From NCBI GenBank assembly GCA_964106915.2, contig OZ066916.1: 64,000 nucleotides of DNA, one strand, 5' to 3'. Shown here in pieces: positions 63,241-64,000 of this stretch. Each line of letters starts with the position of its first letter. Position 1 is the stretch's first letter. Under the pieces are notes generated by a model. That model saw only the letters and a program-made list of their open reading frames with translations. It had not been told where the DNA came from and ran no database searches. The position numbers and the translations under genes are program-made. This DNA comes from Podarcis gaigeae (lineage: Eukaryota).

Positions 63241-63454
63241 CAGTAGTACCTTGGGTTACAGAAACTTCACGTTACAGACACTTCAGGTTACAGACTCCAC
63301 TAACCCAGAAATAGTACCTCAGGTTAAGAACTTTGCTTCAGGGTGAGAACAGAAATTGTGCTCTGGCGGCGCAGCAGCAGCAGCAGGAGGCTCCGTTAGC
63401 TAAAGTAGAACGGATCTCCGGAACGAATTAAGTACTTAACCCGAGGTACCACTG
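63241..63454. mobile_element. Tc1/mariner (pogo/Tigger-like) MITE, copy 3, with internal deletion
   Basis: TA-CAGTAGTACC...GAGGTACCACTG-TA. Lacks the GGTGCTTCAGGTT..AACAGTTTCAGGTTA segment present in copies 1 and 2. Confidence 0.9.
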
Positions 63455-64000
63455 TATATTTATTGTCCATGCCAGTTTGCTATGTTTAATTTTAGTTCTG
63501 GAACTGTTTTCAGTTTTCCCGTTTGGTATCTAAAACATTTCCCAGCAATAGTTCCCAAACCAACACATTAACAAAGCTGTAATTAATAATGTTGGAAATA
63601 AATGATAATTTCTTATCGTTCTTTCTTCACATTTTTAATAGTAATCAGCATTTATTGTGCAAAGAAAATGTGACTAATTGAGCAAGGTGGGAGGTGACAT
63701 CAATTCAAAATGCTTAAAATAAGCTGAAGAACAAGAAAACACAAATTACATGAAAGCTTCAAGCACCCAGGGAATTCAAAAAAGTTTCAGGCTCCACAGT
63801 ATCCTTTGCAGGTCAAAGGTTATTTAACTCATGCCCATTTTACATACAAGCTTGATTAATGCTTGATCTAGTGCAAGGCTATCACTATTTATTTGTACTA
63901 TGAATATTTTACAAGGAGGGACAAATTGACTGCCTGCCTGCCTAGCAGTACAGTATATTAAATACCCTCCCTTTTGCATAGAATCCAGTTGAAGTTTTGT

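Larger units (their letters stand above)
11994..64000 (+). other. PACRG: PACRG intron downstream of the exon (continues beyond the window)
   Basis: Starts GTAAGT. I did not see the next PACRG exon (expected to start VEIEKLDYHHYLPLFFDG). Vertebrate PACRG introns are known to be very large. Confidence 0.75.

Noticed and set aside
1-64000. PRKN exons, other PACRG exons or a prokaryote-style multi-gene system
   Set aside because: No recognisable peptide with splice sites other than 11859-11993. A small or divergent exon could have been missed by eye.

Overview
Eukaryotic, AT-rich, mostly intronic DNA from a squamate reptile, most likely a lacertid lizard (inferred from Sauria SINEs, BovB, Squam3-like and L2/CR1 repeats). 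The only host coding sequence I can support is one 135-bp internal exon of PACRG (Parkin co-regulated gene; 11859-11993, + strand). It has canonical AG/GT splice sites and is missed by the ORF track. The rest is PACRG intron filled with transposable elements. These include hAT MITEs with 8-bp TSDs, Tc1/mariner-pogo MITEs with TA TSDs, two solo LTRs, L2, CR1, RTE and BovB LINE fragments, SINEs and many copies of an ~80-bp palindromic repeat. Almost all listed ORFs are spurious or TE-derived. The most notable signal is a palindromic Penelope-like insertion about 1.3 kb downstream of the exon, carrying a sense-strand minimal type I hammerhead ribozyme core. Other signals: an abutting hAT MITE with telomere-motif tandem repeats, a 93-bp inverted repeat, a hairpin/E-box-MEIS-E-box motif just after the splice donor, and a local ~150-bp duplication. 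I see no evidence for a novel multi-gene system. Repeat family names come from recognition, not from a database search.
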